A DNA stretch of 64,000 nucleotides, taken from Octopus bimaculoides (Eukaryota). The stretch covers positions 119,866,192 to 119,930,191 of the forward strand of contig NC_068982.1 in assembly GCF_001194135.2 (NCBI RefSeq). The letters run 5' to 3'. Under the pieces are notes generated by a model. It saw only the letters and a list, made by a program, of their open reading frames with translations, had not been told where the DNA came from and did no database searches. Both the position numbers and the translations under genes were made by a program. Shown here piece by piece: positions 50,180 to 63,516 of the stretch (position 1 is its first letter; the number at the start of each line of letters is the position of its first letter).

Positions 50180-51140
50180 TCGGTTTCTCTATTGAATAAT
50201 TTTCCACCTACATGACCAACATGTGGAAAGATATATTGCTAGGAGAGTTTACAGCAGTGGATTTCAGGGAGGGGGTGAGATTTCTGGCTCAGTTGGTACT
50301 GGAAAAACTTTGTAGCAGGATGTGTGGTGAGGGGTGAGCTACGAAAAGGTAATTCTGAGTGCGTCTATATTTCTAGAAGAGTCCACCAGTGGTAAGTGGC
50401 CGCGTCTCATTGGAGGAGTAAGTGTGTTTCAGGATGATGCGCGGAAGACGAAATATGGAGACCGGTGAAAACGTGAAACTGCGCTCAGCGTCACAAATGG
50501 AGAGAAGAAATTTTTTAGAACAGATTGCAACCATATGGAATGATATATTGTAAAGGTATAGTAGACGCAATCAGATTATATGATGGTTGAATGATGTCAA
50601 ATTAAGAATGTGAGAAGGCGGTGAGCTGGCAGAAACGTTAGCACGCCGGGCAAAATACTTAGCGGTATTTCGTCTGTCTTTACGTTCTAAGTTCAAATTC
50701 CGACGAGGTCGACTTTGCCTTTCTTTCTTTCGGGGTCGATAAGTCAAGTACCAATTGCGTACTGGGATCGACCTAAGCGAATGGCCCCCTCCCTCACAAT
50801 TTTGGGCCTTGTGCATAGAGTAGAAAAGAAGTAGAAGTGTGAGCCATTGATATTGTACAAGATAAATGTGACGATGTCAAAATTGGCTTGTAGATGGAAG
50901 CAGAAATGCATGGGAAGATGACTGAATGGAGATGGAGGAAATAAATTCTAAGGTTGGGTGGAAGGACAAGAGAAACTCATGAAGAAGTTAATCTGTTCAA
51001 AAGTAGGAAATATTGCGCTGATTCAATCGTCGATATTAGTCAAGTATACATCTGTGGCGAATCTGGTGAGTCTGGTGAACTGGAATAAATTTGGACTTCA
51101 ATGGAAGGTTTAGTGTCGATGGTTCCATTTGAGTATCCAT
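50180..51140 (-). mobile_element. 3' remnant of CR1/L2/Jockey-group LINE, interrupted by a SINE
   Basis: LYNISF..ICSKKFLLSI..RSFTFS..KHTYSSN resembles the C-terminal end of CR1-group ORF2; C-rich 3' UTR. Confidence 0.45.
50617..50830 (+). mobile_element. SINE subfamily A
   Basis: Full-length; tail ccttgtgcatagagtagaaaagaa; imperfect TSD agaatgtgag (50605-50614) and agaagtgtgag (50833-50843). Confidence 0.92.
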
Positions 51141-52093
51141 TGCTAACCCAGTAACATTTATGTACTTGCAAACTTGAAAAGCTATACATACAAAATAACA
51201 ACAATCACGATTTTAGCAATCTACCACAGTTCAATAATCATATGCATTGCGCACTTGAATTCACTTCATAAAATTTCTACATGTGAGCAAACATCCAAAA
51301 TGCGCATAATCACATTCGAGATACATAACTAAACATACAAGCACCCGTGAAGATATGTCCTGTACTTCCTATGAATCAGCCAATACCTACGTAAGGATAA
51401 TAAGAATATAGCATACACAGACAATAAACGTGTGTACACACTCAATATCACGCACATGAAATATGAGGTGTTTATATATGTAGCATACATTCAAACAGAC
51501 AATACAGAGAAATGACATACGCCTCACATATTTACCATACTTTTTTACGCTCTTTCCTATTATCGACAGTCATTCTTTTATTTCTTAAAGGGTTAGTTAA
51601 TACACTATCCAATCTTCACCCAATTCCATGCCCTTTTCTTTCTTCACGAGTTATCAATTGTTATTCCGAAATTTCATCGATTAACGATTAAACTCTTTAC
51701 ATGTGTGTAATAGTTTATTTATCAATCCTTTAGTAAAAGCATCGGTTGTCGATAATATGAAAGTACCTTTTTTACATCTACGAAAAGATGAAAAGCAAAG
51801 TGGTATTCGATAGGATTTGAACTCAGAGCCAGAACGAATTCTTCAAGGTTACAACAACTGCTAATACTTAACTTTACCAACATTATAAACAATAAATTTA
51901 ATATCACATTGACTGGATCACAGTTCCCTTCAATATATATGAGATTTCCCTCAATATGAATGGTGTTGAAATTAGAGAAGAAGACCCATGCGATAACTTA
52001 TTTTGCTGCTTCAATCTCTAGAAAAACACTGCATACTTAGCTCCGTTAGCAATTCGAGCCCAGTATATCGACATTATTATTATTGACTCTTGA

Positions 52094-52306
52094 GGGTGGC
52101 GAACTGGTTGAATTGTTAGCATGCCGGGCCAAATGCTTACCGGTATTTTGTCTGTCTTTACGTTCAGGATTCAAATTTCGCCGAGGTCGATTTTGCCTTT
52201 CATCCTTTCGACGTCGATAAATTAAGTACCAGTTGCGTACTGGAGTTGATCTAATTGACTGGCCCCTTCCCACCAAATTTCAGGTCTTGTACCTATATTA
52301 GAAAGA
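52094..52306 (+). mobile_element. SINE subfamily A
   Basis: Full-length; 13-bp TSD attattattgact at 52076-52088 and 52307-52319. Confidence 0.92.
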
Positions 52307-53367
52307 ATTATTATTGACTTTTAGTCCGCCGTCAGCACATAGCATTCATTAAAATAATTTTGTTTATCCAGGTTGCTATTCAAATTGATTTTCAAGGAAA
52401 TATACTTATTTCTGAATTTCTAAATCTTATTTCTTCTTAACTTCTGAGAAACGTGCCTAAGAATTTGATCTTCCCTGTCAAACACAAGAACCACATTTCA
52501 CTATTAGAATCCGGCTTTATTTTTATGTATTGTTGATAAAGACGTTAATTATTGTTGTTGCTCTCCTTCAGATACTAAACAACTGCGATGGTGTTGATGA
52601 ATGCCCCCCCCCCTTTGGCTGTGCAACAAGAAGAATGATTACGTTGCGCGTATCTTCTTTTGAAAGATATATTAAACCAATGTGTATATGAGTGCGTATG
52701 TGATGTGTGTGCATGTGTGATGTGTGTGTGTGTGAGAGTGCCCTTAAATGTAACATCCAGTTCTTTTCTACGTCTATACATGTTGTGGCAGTTCATATGT
52801 CAGCCGATTTACAACTCCAGTGTCTTTATACTGTGTCTTTATACTTTATAACCGCTGAGCAACATTTCGTTTGAGACTGTCTAGGTTACACAAATTCACT
52901 AGACTGCATACATCTACTCAATTAAAACTACATATGGAGACATCTATCAGGTCGTGTTCTTTTTATCCCAAATCCTGATACAGAAAAAGAAATGAGATAT
53001 ACTAATATGCATAATGACTATTACCAATCTCATGTTGATTTTCTCATCGTATTCTAAAACATTTTGGAATTTGGTAAAAATTCCACCAAATGTATACGAG
53101 AATACTTTTAAAAAACCTGAAATTTATAAAACATTCAGCTGTACCTAATGAATATCATCATTAAAATAAGTACAATCACTAAAACCACTTTTTCTCTGTG
53201 TCTTTCTTTACCTTCTCTTACTGCACTGGAACAGATATATACATATGTACATGCTTGTATATCTGGATATATATGCCCATGTGTAGCATACATACGCATA
53301 TGGATATATACTCGTACACATGCACTAATATATACACAATTAAATGGTGTATATGTATACACAGATA

Positions 53368-53404
<37 letters not shown>

Positions 53405-53479
53405 TGTGTCTCAGACGTTCGACGATGGGGATTCTATTCATTTGTCTGATCGAATGCATTGCCTGGACATGAATTAACA

Positions 53480-54380
53480 TTTAAGTAGCTGAACAGCTAC
53501 ATACAGTAATTCAGTTTTGTATAGGGTTCCCATGTACCCAGTTTCATTTCTGAGATATAGTTCGATGATAGTTAACAAGATACCACACAGTGGGATCAAA
53601 AGAGAATAAGGTTGCAAATTCGCGCGCACAGAGAAGTTACAACCCGTGAATTTAACGCCCAATGCATTACAGCAAAGGGGGAAATGCTTTGAATTATCAG
53701 AATGTGTATGCAAAGGAGATGACTCGGTAATCGAAACAGGATTTAAAGATCAAAATGATGAAAGTCTGCTCTAATATACTGGAAAAGTTTAAATCTAATG
53801 ATGACAGTTTTGTTGTGATCTGATACAAGGGAAGGAAACGCGGGTGAATTTATGAGACGGAAATGAAGACTCCGTCTATTAACTGACGTCTCACAAAGTC
53901 CTAAAGACTTAAGAATTGCAAGAGCCACCGAATGACAGAGAAGATCGTGATTGTTGACGGGGGAGTGCAAGGATGTCATACTTCTTGATTTTCTGGAATG
54001 TGACTGCATTGTTGACAGCGATAAGTACATTGCGACACACAAAGTTTAGAGAAGTTCTCTGAAGGAAAAGACGGATCGAGAATCTCATAATTATCCACAT
54101 TCCCCATGAGAGTGTATGACCACACATATCTTGGGCAACAAGTCAGGTAATCAGCGATTGCAAGCTCGAAACAGGTATGCCCTTTTTCCATCCGTTCAGT
54201 CCAACGAAAGAAAGACTTCAAGATGATGACACAATTAAAACTGGTTCTCAAGAAGTAGATATAATTGTGTTCATATGGAAAATTTGAAACAGAACTGGAC
54301 TTCAACCATTGCGCGAATACATAGTTTGGTTCGTGAGGGAGAATTTGCTTATTTGACTGGAGTAAATATTATTCCACCAA
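53480..54380 (+). mobile_element. Decayed mariner transposase
   Basis: IRAHREVTTREF (HTH region), KVCSNILEKFKSNDDSF, GECKDVILLDFLECDCIVDSDKYIAT (cf. WDCKGVILLDFL..G.TVNS..Y); many stops; TIRs not identified. Confidence 0.7.
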
Positions 54381-54455
54381 CATGCACAGTCTGAATGATC
54401 TATGACAGTTAATACAAACTTTACAGTCACGTTTCTTTACTTTGAACGCAACACG

Positions 54456-54555
<100 letters not shown>

Positions 54556-56335
54556 CAGTGGTGAAAGGAAAACAACAGAAATGCAGAGCTCCGAGCCACC
54601 CTCTTGGTATGCAAGTACTGTGATAGAAATGCGCTTCAATCTTAGGAAGAATCGGCCATGAAAGAAGCTGCAAGAAGCCCCTGATATGTTCGATTAAGTG
54701 ACCTCTAGGCTAAATTGACCGTCTGTATAGACGAAAAGGGTCAATTATATATATGGTCGTTTATGAGGGTTCTCATACAGTCCTGCAGTTGTTGCTTCTT
54801 TGATTCCAAGGTTGTTAATGTTCTCGATTGGGGGTAATGCTGATGCTGGTATTTTAGGGTATTGATTTTTCGGTTTATTCTTTTTATTCTCCTGGTGAGT
54901 GATTTTCTCTGTTTTGGAATCCTGCATCTACTGTTCTTTATGAGTCATGAGGGTGTGTGTTTTGAGCATATGTGGGTGACTGTGTCCTCAAATAGTTGCC
55001 ATGCGTTTGTGTTTGTTGTGGTATTGGAGGAAGCAAGGGTGAATGACCAGTCCACTTGCGATAAGTCTTGAGTGATCGCACTCCAGTTTGACTTATGTCA
55101 ATTCATGTTATCGAATGGGTGCACTGGAGTTAGTGATTTATGCCAAATTTCTGGATGTTGAAGATTGAGGTTACAGAATAGTATATCATGATCGGAGAGG
55201 AAGGTTCTTTCCGCTGTGATGTTATGGAATAGTGTTAGCATGGTTACTTAGCACTAGGTCCAAGACACTTTGGATATTTCTGTTTGGTTCATGGACGAGT
55301 TGTGACAGGGAAAATTTATCAATAAATTTAAAAATTAACTCCACAGCTGCTTTGTCTGAACTTGAGATGAAGGTTCCTTGTCTAACAATATTAGTGGACC
55401 AGTCTACAGAGTGTAGGTTGAAGTCATCCATCTTCAGAATATTTCCTGGGTTACATTGCAGGAGGAAAGATTTGATCTTCTCGAGGCACTCTTGGAAATA
55501 GTTTAAGGTGCTTGTTGTGGTCTGTAGAGCCCAATCACAGAGATGCCTTTACCTTTGTTGTGTACAGAGATTGATTCGCAGTAGCTGTTGGAGAAAATGT
55601 CCTTGGTATCTGCGCTGACAGAATCATGGGGGAAAACAGCAACTCTACCCTTTCTTCGGCCTGCCCGATAAACGTGAATGGCAGTGAAGTCTCTGATCTT
55701 CAGTTCAGCCTCTAAATGACAGTCGTTTAGGTGGGTCTCAGTTGGGATAAAGAAATGGATTGGATGTGAGTGTGCTGCAACTCATCCCTCAATGTAGAGT
55801 ATTTTTCCATTTTTGGGCCTTGATGGCTTGATTGATACCTTGGGTATTAAGGAAGAGTGTCGTTGTTAAGGCAGCAGCTTCTTTGCGTTTCTTCAGTATC
55901 CGCACGTCATGTTTGTTGTGGTTGTTATTATTACTGTTGCTACTCAGTGGCAGTAGCAAGGGTATTTTTTGCCTTGGGTTGGTAGTAGAGGTTGAATACT
56001 TCTCTGGATTTCTTTTACTAGGTTCAACATGGCTAAAAAAAGAAGATTGTTTTCTCGAGTCACTGCAGTTGTCGTTGCACCTCTGGATGCGGCCGCAATT
56101 AATGTTCTTATTACCTTTGTTCTTTTTTTTTTTTTTNNNNNNNNNNNNNNNNNNNNNNNNNNNNNNNNNNNNNNNNNNNNNNNNNNNNNNNNNNNNNNNN
56201 NNNNNNNNNNNNNNNNNNGTGGGGGAAAGGAACTATTTTTGCCGTAGGAGGCGATGCAGTTATTGCAGTGATTGAAGTTTGGGGAGTTTGGATAAGGAAC
56301 AGGTTTGGCGTGTTTGCATTTGTTGGTGGGAGCAC

Positions 56336-56941
56336 TCACAATATTACCATTTTCTTAGTGCCACAATATTTACTAATGGAGCATGTAGTTCTCGGTAGGT
56401 GGGTAAAAGGGCAGCTTTGTTGCAGTAATATTCTCTCATGAACAAAATAGCGGCAGATATTAGGATTCCGTTTTGTAAGAGGATTGTGATGTTGTTGTCT
56501 GTTCATGGATGTTCCATAGTTGATGCGTCTAGTTCCTGGGAGGTGAGTGAAAAGACACTCTTGTCGCAAACACATCCTCTCACGGAGGGAATAACTGTAG
56601 ATTTTTGGGTTCCGTTTTGTTTGTGAGGGCGAGATATGTGGCAATTGTTTGTTTACGGAAGAATTAGAGGTGAATAATTGTGTGAATGATTTGGTAAGGG
56701 TTGTTCTTGGTGAACTTGGTTGGGCTGAGATGTTAGTCATCCTATTGTTAGGTTGTAACGGTGAAGGACTGGTAAAGGTTGTGGTGGTGGAGACAGTAAT
56801 TGTAGTTGATGTTGACGATGGTGACGACGGCGCTAGCATCGATAATAATGGTGGTGTTGCTACCGGTGGTGACGATGGCAATGTTGCTTGTGAGGATGGT
56901 GATGATGATGGTGATGGCAGTCGTGTTGTTGGTGATGGCAA
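56336..56941 (-). pseudogene. ORF1-like segment with two degenerate CCCH zinc-finger repeats
   Basis: Ser/Pro/Thr-rich N-terminus, then two 30-aa repeats KRNP.I(C/Y).Y....ER.(C/L)....C.FTHLP.T with a 144-bp period. Confidence 0.6.
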
Positions 56942-57339
56942 TGGTGATGGCAGTGATGTTGCTGGTAATGGATATGAGGAATTTGGTTGTCATGGTAATC
57001 ATGGAGTGAGCAGATTTTGGTATGTGGGTATTAGTATGTTTGAAAGTTAACAGGGGTCAGTAGCGGCAGGTTGTTTTCCTTTTGTAGAATATTAAGTGGA
57101 ATATTGTAAGATGCTCCTTAACGAGTTGGTAGGATTTCGAAATGTGCTTTAGTTTAGATTTCACTTGTTTGATTATCAAAAAGTGGGGCAATTTTAGAAG
57201 CAACGTCACTGAGCCATGAAGCTTGTGTGTTGGCTTTTTTGTGAAAGGTTAAGCCAGCTGTTGAGTGGAATAACAACTTCATTCTCTGTCCATTGAAGTT
57301 TCTTTTGGGCTATTTTGTTCATGGTGATAGAACTTGCTG

Positions 57340-57776
57340 TCTTTCTTTCGTTTGTTTTGCTAGTCAATAATTTAGGTGGATTTTCTTTTTTTCTCTATGT
57401 GATGGAGAAAATATAATTTTAAAAGTGAGGGGTGTTTGAGTTGTGCGAAATTATGTGATAGTTTTAAAATGTATAATCTTGTGTAATGTAACCGTTAGTT
57501 GTAAACATAAATATACGAGTAAAATGTCGTAGTGACAGTAGTTACTGTAAAGTGATTGTACTTTGTTTGTTAGGGGTCTTTTCTTTCGCTCGTTTTCCTC
57601 GTCAGTAATTTAGGTGGTATATCTTTTTCTCTATGTGATGGAGAAAAGATGATTTTCAAAGTGAAGGGTGTTTGATTTTTGCGAAATTTTGTGATGGTTT
57701 GATATGTATAATTTTGTATTTGTGACCGTTAGATGTAAACGGAGAGTTTTCAACAGAGATATACGAGTGAAAAGTC
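57340..57776. repeat. Two diverged ~190-bp units with ~240-bp period at the LINE 5' end
   Basis: 57340-57528 and 57580-57776 share tctttcg..taatttaggtgg..ttctctatgtgatggagaaaa..accgttag.tgtaaac..atatacgagt. Confidence 0.9.
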
Positions 57777-58310
57777 AAAAGAGTGTGTAAATTCTGACTG
57801 CTCAATAAATTTAATAAAATCACAGGATGCATGTTTACTTGCGTATATGATTAATAAAATCACGGGAGAAATTTGCTCTGAACTCACGAGAAATTATTTA
57901 TTTTTCTACAGGTTGTTGCAGGTACTATGTGGTCAGATTTAAACTTCTGTTGGTATCATTTCGTAGCTTTCGCAAGAATTTGGAATTAATTTTTTGAAAT
58001 GTTTGAGTTGTGTTGGTTTCTGTTTCAACTACTTACTAAGCAGAGCGATGAAAAGACACGTCTGGTTGCCACGGCTGTCTTATATAATATATATATATAT
58101 ATATATATANNNNNNNNNNNNNNNNNNNNNNNNNNNNNNNNNNNNNNNNNNNNNNNNNNNNNNNNNNNNNNNNNNNNNNNNNNNNNNNNNNNNNNNNNNN
58201 NNNNNNNNNNNNNNNNNNNNNNNNNNNNNNNNNTATATATTGTCACAGACACACACAAACATCTTATATCTATATATTTATATTATAGATATGAGTGTGC
58301 ATGTGTTTAG

Positions 58311-58342
<32 letters not shown>

Positions 58343-58984
58343 TAGATAGATAGATATAACTACATGCGTACACACACTCATGTATATGCAAACACACACA
58401 CACATACTTATATTGTTGACGTTACTATTATTAATGCAATAGACAACAAAAAATTTAATTAGAGATGTTTATGCGGTGAGAAAAAAAATTCATCGTATAA
58501 TTATATCTAATTATGTCTTTGGAATATACTGCATTAAATACGTTGGCACTAAGCTATTGTTCTCTGTGTGGTTGACGTCGTCTCTCAGTAATTAAGCACA
58601 TTGAATTATTTATATACCAGTGTTCCTGCGCTATTATTAATGATGTCAAATATGTTTATCTTAGTTAAATGTGTTGGAAAAGATAATAAAATAAATTTGA
58701 AATATCGAACACAGCGTTTAGTTTTCTTTACAGGTATTTACAAGTTTTAATCGACTTCATTTTGAACAATCTAGTTAAAATATTCTTTCGTTTCAATATT
58801 TGTAGTAATAGTATTACAGAAGCTAAAATCTTTGTAAATTTCAGAGAAATAATCCTGTATTGATGTTAAGTATTCAGAAGCTTTGGAGTTGATATATGAT
58901 TTTTATTATATTTTTAGCAAACACTTTCTTTTGAAGCAGGTTTTTTGTAGTTATTTTCTACTTAAAGTTTAGGTTTCTTTTTTA

Positions 58985-60370
58985 TTTCCCCTGCATACCA
59001 CATTCCATTGGCTCTAAAATAGCTCAGATGTACCTAAAAGGAATATAACAGCGCTAATGCCTGAGTAACAGGAAAGGGATCTATATCTTAAATAGACAGA
59101 AGATTGATGATTCCGGGTGGTAAATTTAATCCTTGAATGTTTACCTCCTCCAATTCCTTACGATCAGTGAATATCAGTTCATACAATAAAGATGACAGAA
59201 AGGTTTCATCAAAACTCATGTTCCATGAAATAGTGCTTTTCTGGGTCGAGATTGTGTAAGACAATGATCATACCGATCTATAGTTCCAAGACATGTCGTG
59301 GTATTCCAGGTAGTATCAATGAATATGAATTTTACGATAATCTATAGATATTTCATCGTCTGTATTATAGATGCCATCGATATTTCTATATGCTGTGATA
59401 TTCCTAGAAAATAATAGATCTCTAATGAATCTCTAACTGTCACTGATAACATCCCTTCTACTGATATATCGTAAGAACATATCTCTATTTTATTTTGCAG
59501 TCCCGTTATTTCCCAGTGCGCATGTGTTTTGTCATACAGCCATCCATCTACCAAAATTCTTGCCAGCGATTTTCTATTTTCTAATTGCTCTAAAAGGTTT
59601 ACAAAGGTGCAAACTAGTATGATTTCATATACATTGTATTAATAACAGTGTTACCACTTCTTTGTATCACGAGAGAAATGTCACGGAAATCTCTACCTTG
59701 CAGAAAAATAATATTGAATATTCTATTACAACCATTGACACACCAAATGTTAACAAATTGCACATTTAATGATTAGATCAGCAGATTGCAGCTAATGAAT
59801 CTCTTCAAAGGTAATTATCTTGCCTGGTGACAGATGTTTAAGCTCAGATATGAACACTGCAAAACCATCTTATGCACTTCCTTCATAAGATAAATCTATT
59901 GCATTAACTGTCGTGGTGTAAGAAGTAACTTTTTCCTTATTTTCAAGACATTAAACTAATGTAAGATAGAAATACATTTCTGCATAACCACCTGGATTAT
60001 TTAAACAATAAAAGGGTTTGCTGCGCTGCTAGATCTCCAGCTGCTGAAATACTTGGTTCTGTGTTTCATCTTAACTTTCAAATAATCCATTATAGTGTAA
60101 GATAGTTGAAAAATGAAGGTGAAGGTTACAATTCATTCCATGTACTAACGAAATTGATTCCATTTCTGTGTGTTTTGTGAATAACTATATTTCCAGATAA
60201 TTTGTGATGTTATCTTCCATCATTTGATCCTCAGAGATACCTTAGATTTCTACATTCTTGTCAGGTTCATTCAATATACAAATCATATCATATAGATGTC
60301 TTAGCTACAAAGAAAATTGCATTAATAATGCTTCTGCCAATCATCATCTCTTGCAAGCAAGATTATTCGT
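58985..60370 (-). mobile_element. Decayed Helitron RepHel (PIF1-like helicase) remnant
   Basis: Motifs in the expected order: FYCLNNPGGY (Walker A region, ~59990), LQGRDFRDISLVIQR (cf. GGDFRQILPV), LPGIPRHVLEL*IGMIIVLHNLDP..HGT, ELIFTDRKELEEVNIQGLNL, MQGK. Confidence 0.7.
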
Positions 60371-60589
60371 TTAGCAGCTATGTTTTAAATGTTTTACATC
60401 ACATTCATGGAAATACACCATTTGCCTTTTGCACAGCGAGCTCGGGGTAAATTTGAAGTATATTTCCTTTTTTCGGGAAGAGCTTCGTGTATTAAAGACG
60501 ACTCAACGGCATTGGAGAGCATAGATATAAAAGTTGCAGTTGAGAAAATGTTTGCTGACATAAAGGACTAGACGCCATCTGAATATTGG

Positions 60590-61200
60590 AAAAGAGTTAA
60601 CTGTATCTTGATGATTCGCCCCAGGTATCAAAATGCCAACATCATGACTGGGGTTCAATGCTCTGAGAACATTGTGATGGTTATAAGACGTCACATAGAC
60701 AGTTGCAGCTAAGACTACAAAGCTGTGGCTAGTAGGACGGGACAAAGCATACATTCTGACTGCGTCCGTGCTAATATTCATCCTCACATCTTTGAACATG
60801 GCTTAGGCTCAATTCAGACAGTTACGTGAAGCTGCTGAGACATGTAGTCCCTCCCTGAGTGAAGAGGGTTACTGCTGGAAGTCCGTATGTGTGACCACAG
60901 GATTAGGCTCATTGCCCATGTCTCTGGTAAGAAGATATGGTCATCGGAGAATTTCGACGACTTCAACAGCCATAATTTCTGGTCTCCTAGTTCTTCCGAT
61001 TATAATCTCAAGGATTACTATATGTGGGGCTTGGTTTACACCGACCTCTCTGCTTGCAACAGCAAGTACGAGCTAGTGGCCAAGAACAAGGTGGTGTTCG
61101 AAGATCTTCCGAAGGAGACAGCGAGGAACACACACGCCAGGTTCCCGAGCCGTTTGGAAGTCGAAGTGGAAGTTTATCTTAACTGATATTTCACGTATGC
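60590..61200 (+). mobile_element. Internally deleted Tc1/mariner-superfamily transposase
   Basis: N-terminal DYKAVASR..HSDCVR joined to C-terminal WSSENFDDFNSHNFWSPSSSDYNLKDYYMWG (cf. WPP.SPDxNPxDY.VWG) and ARFPSRLE; catalytic middle missing. Confidence 0.78.
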
Positions 61201-61369
61201 AACTTTATATTGACTACCTGTTGACACTAAGATTTCCTCATGTTGGCGTTTGAGGAATTTTGTCTCGCATGCAGGGATCTTTTAATTCTGCTCGTCACAA
61301 GAATTAATAATTATTAATGTTTTATATGGTATTTGTATCCAAATAATTGCATTTATTTATTCTTTTCAG

Positions 61370-61420
61370 AGACAATGAGATTAATTCCTTCTTGAATTAT
61401 TATTAGAATATGTGCATTCG
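61370..61420 (+). other. Candidate 51-nt exon (probably 5' UTR, or disrupted coding)
   Basis: Acceptor ttattcttttcag, donor cg|gtaagc; stops in all three frames (one frame reads MRLIPS*IIIRICAFG). Confidence 0.45.
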
Positions 61421-61597
61421 GTAAGCCTGTTATTCTATGTAACCTCAGAGATTTTCAAATACAAAAGAAAGAATATTTCATGTTATTGCTACTAGATTTA
61501 ATGCAATAGCATTTACGTATTGTAATTAAAACTGATTTTTCGGTGGGAAAAAGACAGCATTATTCTATACGTTATACTAATTTGACTACTCCTGCAG

Positions 61598-61642
61598 GTA
61601 TGGGAGACGGCACTGGAGATGACATTTTTAAGAGAATGTACG
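61598..61642 (+). CDS. Candidate 45-nt exon of an unidentified host gene, (G)MGDGTGDDIFKRMY
   Basis: Branch-like tactaat (61575-61581), acceptor ctcctgcag, donor cg|gtaagc; GC-richer than its flanks; open in phases 0 and 1. Confidence 0.5.
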
Positions 61643-62259
61643 GTAAGCAATCATTGTAAAACCATTTGGGCAGTATATTGGTGACAAAACTCCTGTTCGC
61701 AGATGTTATAGCTATTTCAAACATAAATATATTCTAATCATGTATCTCATCAGAAGCCTTCTATGCACTCTGTCTCTATCGCCTTCTATTTATCCATCTA
61801 TTTCTCAGAACTCTAAAGCTAAAAATATTAGTATTATGTGAAGTACATGTGTTTGGCCAAATTATGTAAACAGCACTTTCTAATTGTTGAACAAAAAACG
61901 ATTCACACGAGTATATTTGAAATATTACAAGCAATAACTTTTTGTTTCTATTCTAAGTGTGATCAAGTAACAATGCAATTGTGCTGCAGTGACATCCTTT
62001 TCCATTTCTCATTTTCACATTTCGTTATTTATTCTCTATGTTTAGTTTGAAGATTTGGAGGGAAAATTTGCAATTAAAGTTATTTCTTGATATATCTATG
62101 TCAAATATGTCTGGAAGGTCGATGATGTATTCATTGAGACGTGCATACTGCGACATACTAGTATTCGAAAAGATTATGAAAATATTTCTATCCTTCAATT
62201 CATCATTGAATATAGTTCTGGTAGGATAGAAAAAACACTTTTAACAAAAAGAGATATAT

Positions 62260-62261
62260 AA

Positions 62262-62292
<31 letters not shown>

Positions 62293-62351
62293 TACAAGCA
62301 GTCAGGCAGACAGACAGACAGAGATATAGAATGATGGATGGATGGTTGAAT

Positions 62352-62410
<59 letters not shown>

Positions 62411-62612
62411 GTGTGGGTAGGTACGTAGATGGATGCATGGATGGATGCATGGATGGATGGATGGATGATAGACAGACAGACGAGCGGGCGGACGGATGGA
62501 TGGATCGATAGGCAGGCAGGAAGACAGAAAGCCAGACAGATGGACCGATAGACATACATACAGACAGACAAGCAGACAGGCAAACAGACAGACAACAAGC
62601 AGATCTGAGTTT
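62260..62612. repeat. Compound GACA/GATG/GATA microsatellite ending in cagatctgagttta
   Basis: Directly visible; the same terminal motif occurs at ~63588-63601. Confidence 0.9.
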
Positions 62613-63084
62613 ACAAAAATGTTTTTTTCTTCTTAATTCCTCAAATGTAGTAGAAACTTATTCTTTTTAATCCTGTATATAAGATAGTGTTTCAAAGAGA
62701 GTCGGTGATTAATGAAATTAGAAAGAATGTCTTGGACAAAGGTTCGAAATAGTATGCAAATAATAAAGAATAGGAAATGCAACAAAAGAAAGTAAGTAGA
62801 TAGGAATGGAGGGAAGGAAGGAAGGAAGAGCTAAGAGAATCATTGTTGCTAATTATGTGTGGTTGTTGGTTTTCTTGTCAACGTTGGCTTTCCTGCATTT
62901 TCTGTATTAACGAAACTTCCACTTTTACAAGCCATCTTAAACCGTATGCACTATTAGTTGTTTGGTGAATTTTGATGTGAGCATTCAAAACTCTAAAAAA
63001 AGTTATCAAAACTGTATTAATGAAATATTGAATTCAAGAATATATTTGATATAAGATTATGATTGTATTAAGGACATACAATAA

Positions 63085-63417
63085 CTTTTTTTTTTTTAGT
63101 ACGCGCATCATTGCCGGCGGATAGTACATAGCGTTTTATTTATGTATATTATGATTGCATATGGCTTCTCATAACGCTTGTATTTGTAGTATATATAAGT
63201 ATGGAAATATCTGTCAATTCTCGAGTCCGCACATGGCTAGCTACACAACCTCTTCAATTCACAACCCAACGAGTTACAAAGAGATGTCACTATTTCACCG
63301 CTTCCCGTCATGCCTCTTACAAACTATTATAGTCAAATTCCATCTTGGGAATCTCGACCTTATGGAATCTTCTCCTATGCTACTGTTTCTCTTTTCATCA
63401 ATGACTTATATATGTAT

Positions 63418-63516
<99 letters not shown>

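Larger units (their letters stand above)
54750..57780 (-). mobile_element. 5' half of CR1-clade LINE (5' region, ORF1, APE endonuclease; truncated before RT)
   Basis: Endonuclease motifs TETHLNDCHLEAELKIRDF, YRAGRRKGRVAVF, SNSYCES, GLYRP, DDFNLHSVDW, LSQLVHEPNR..LDLVLSN at ~55200-55800; upstream low-complexity ORF1. Confidence 0.85.

Noticed and set aside
56649-57050. 133-aa acidic Gly/Asp/Val-rich plus-strand ORF
   Set aside because: Antisense shadow of the low-complexity ORF1 of the minus-strand CR1-like element.
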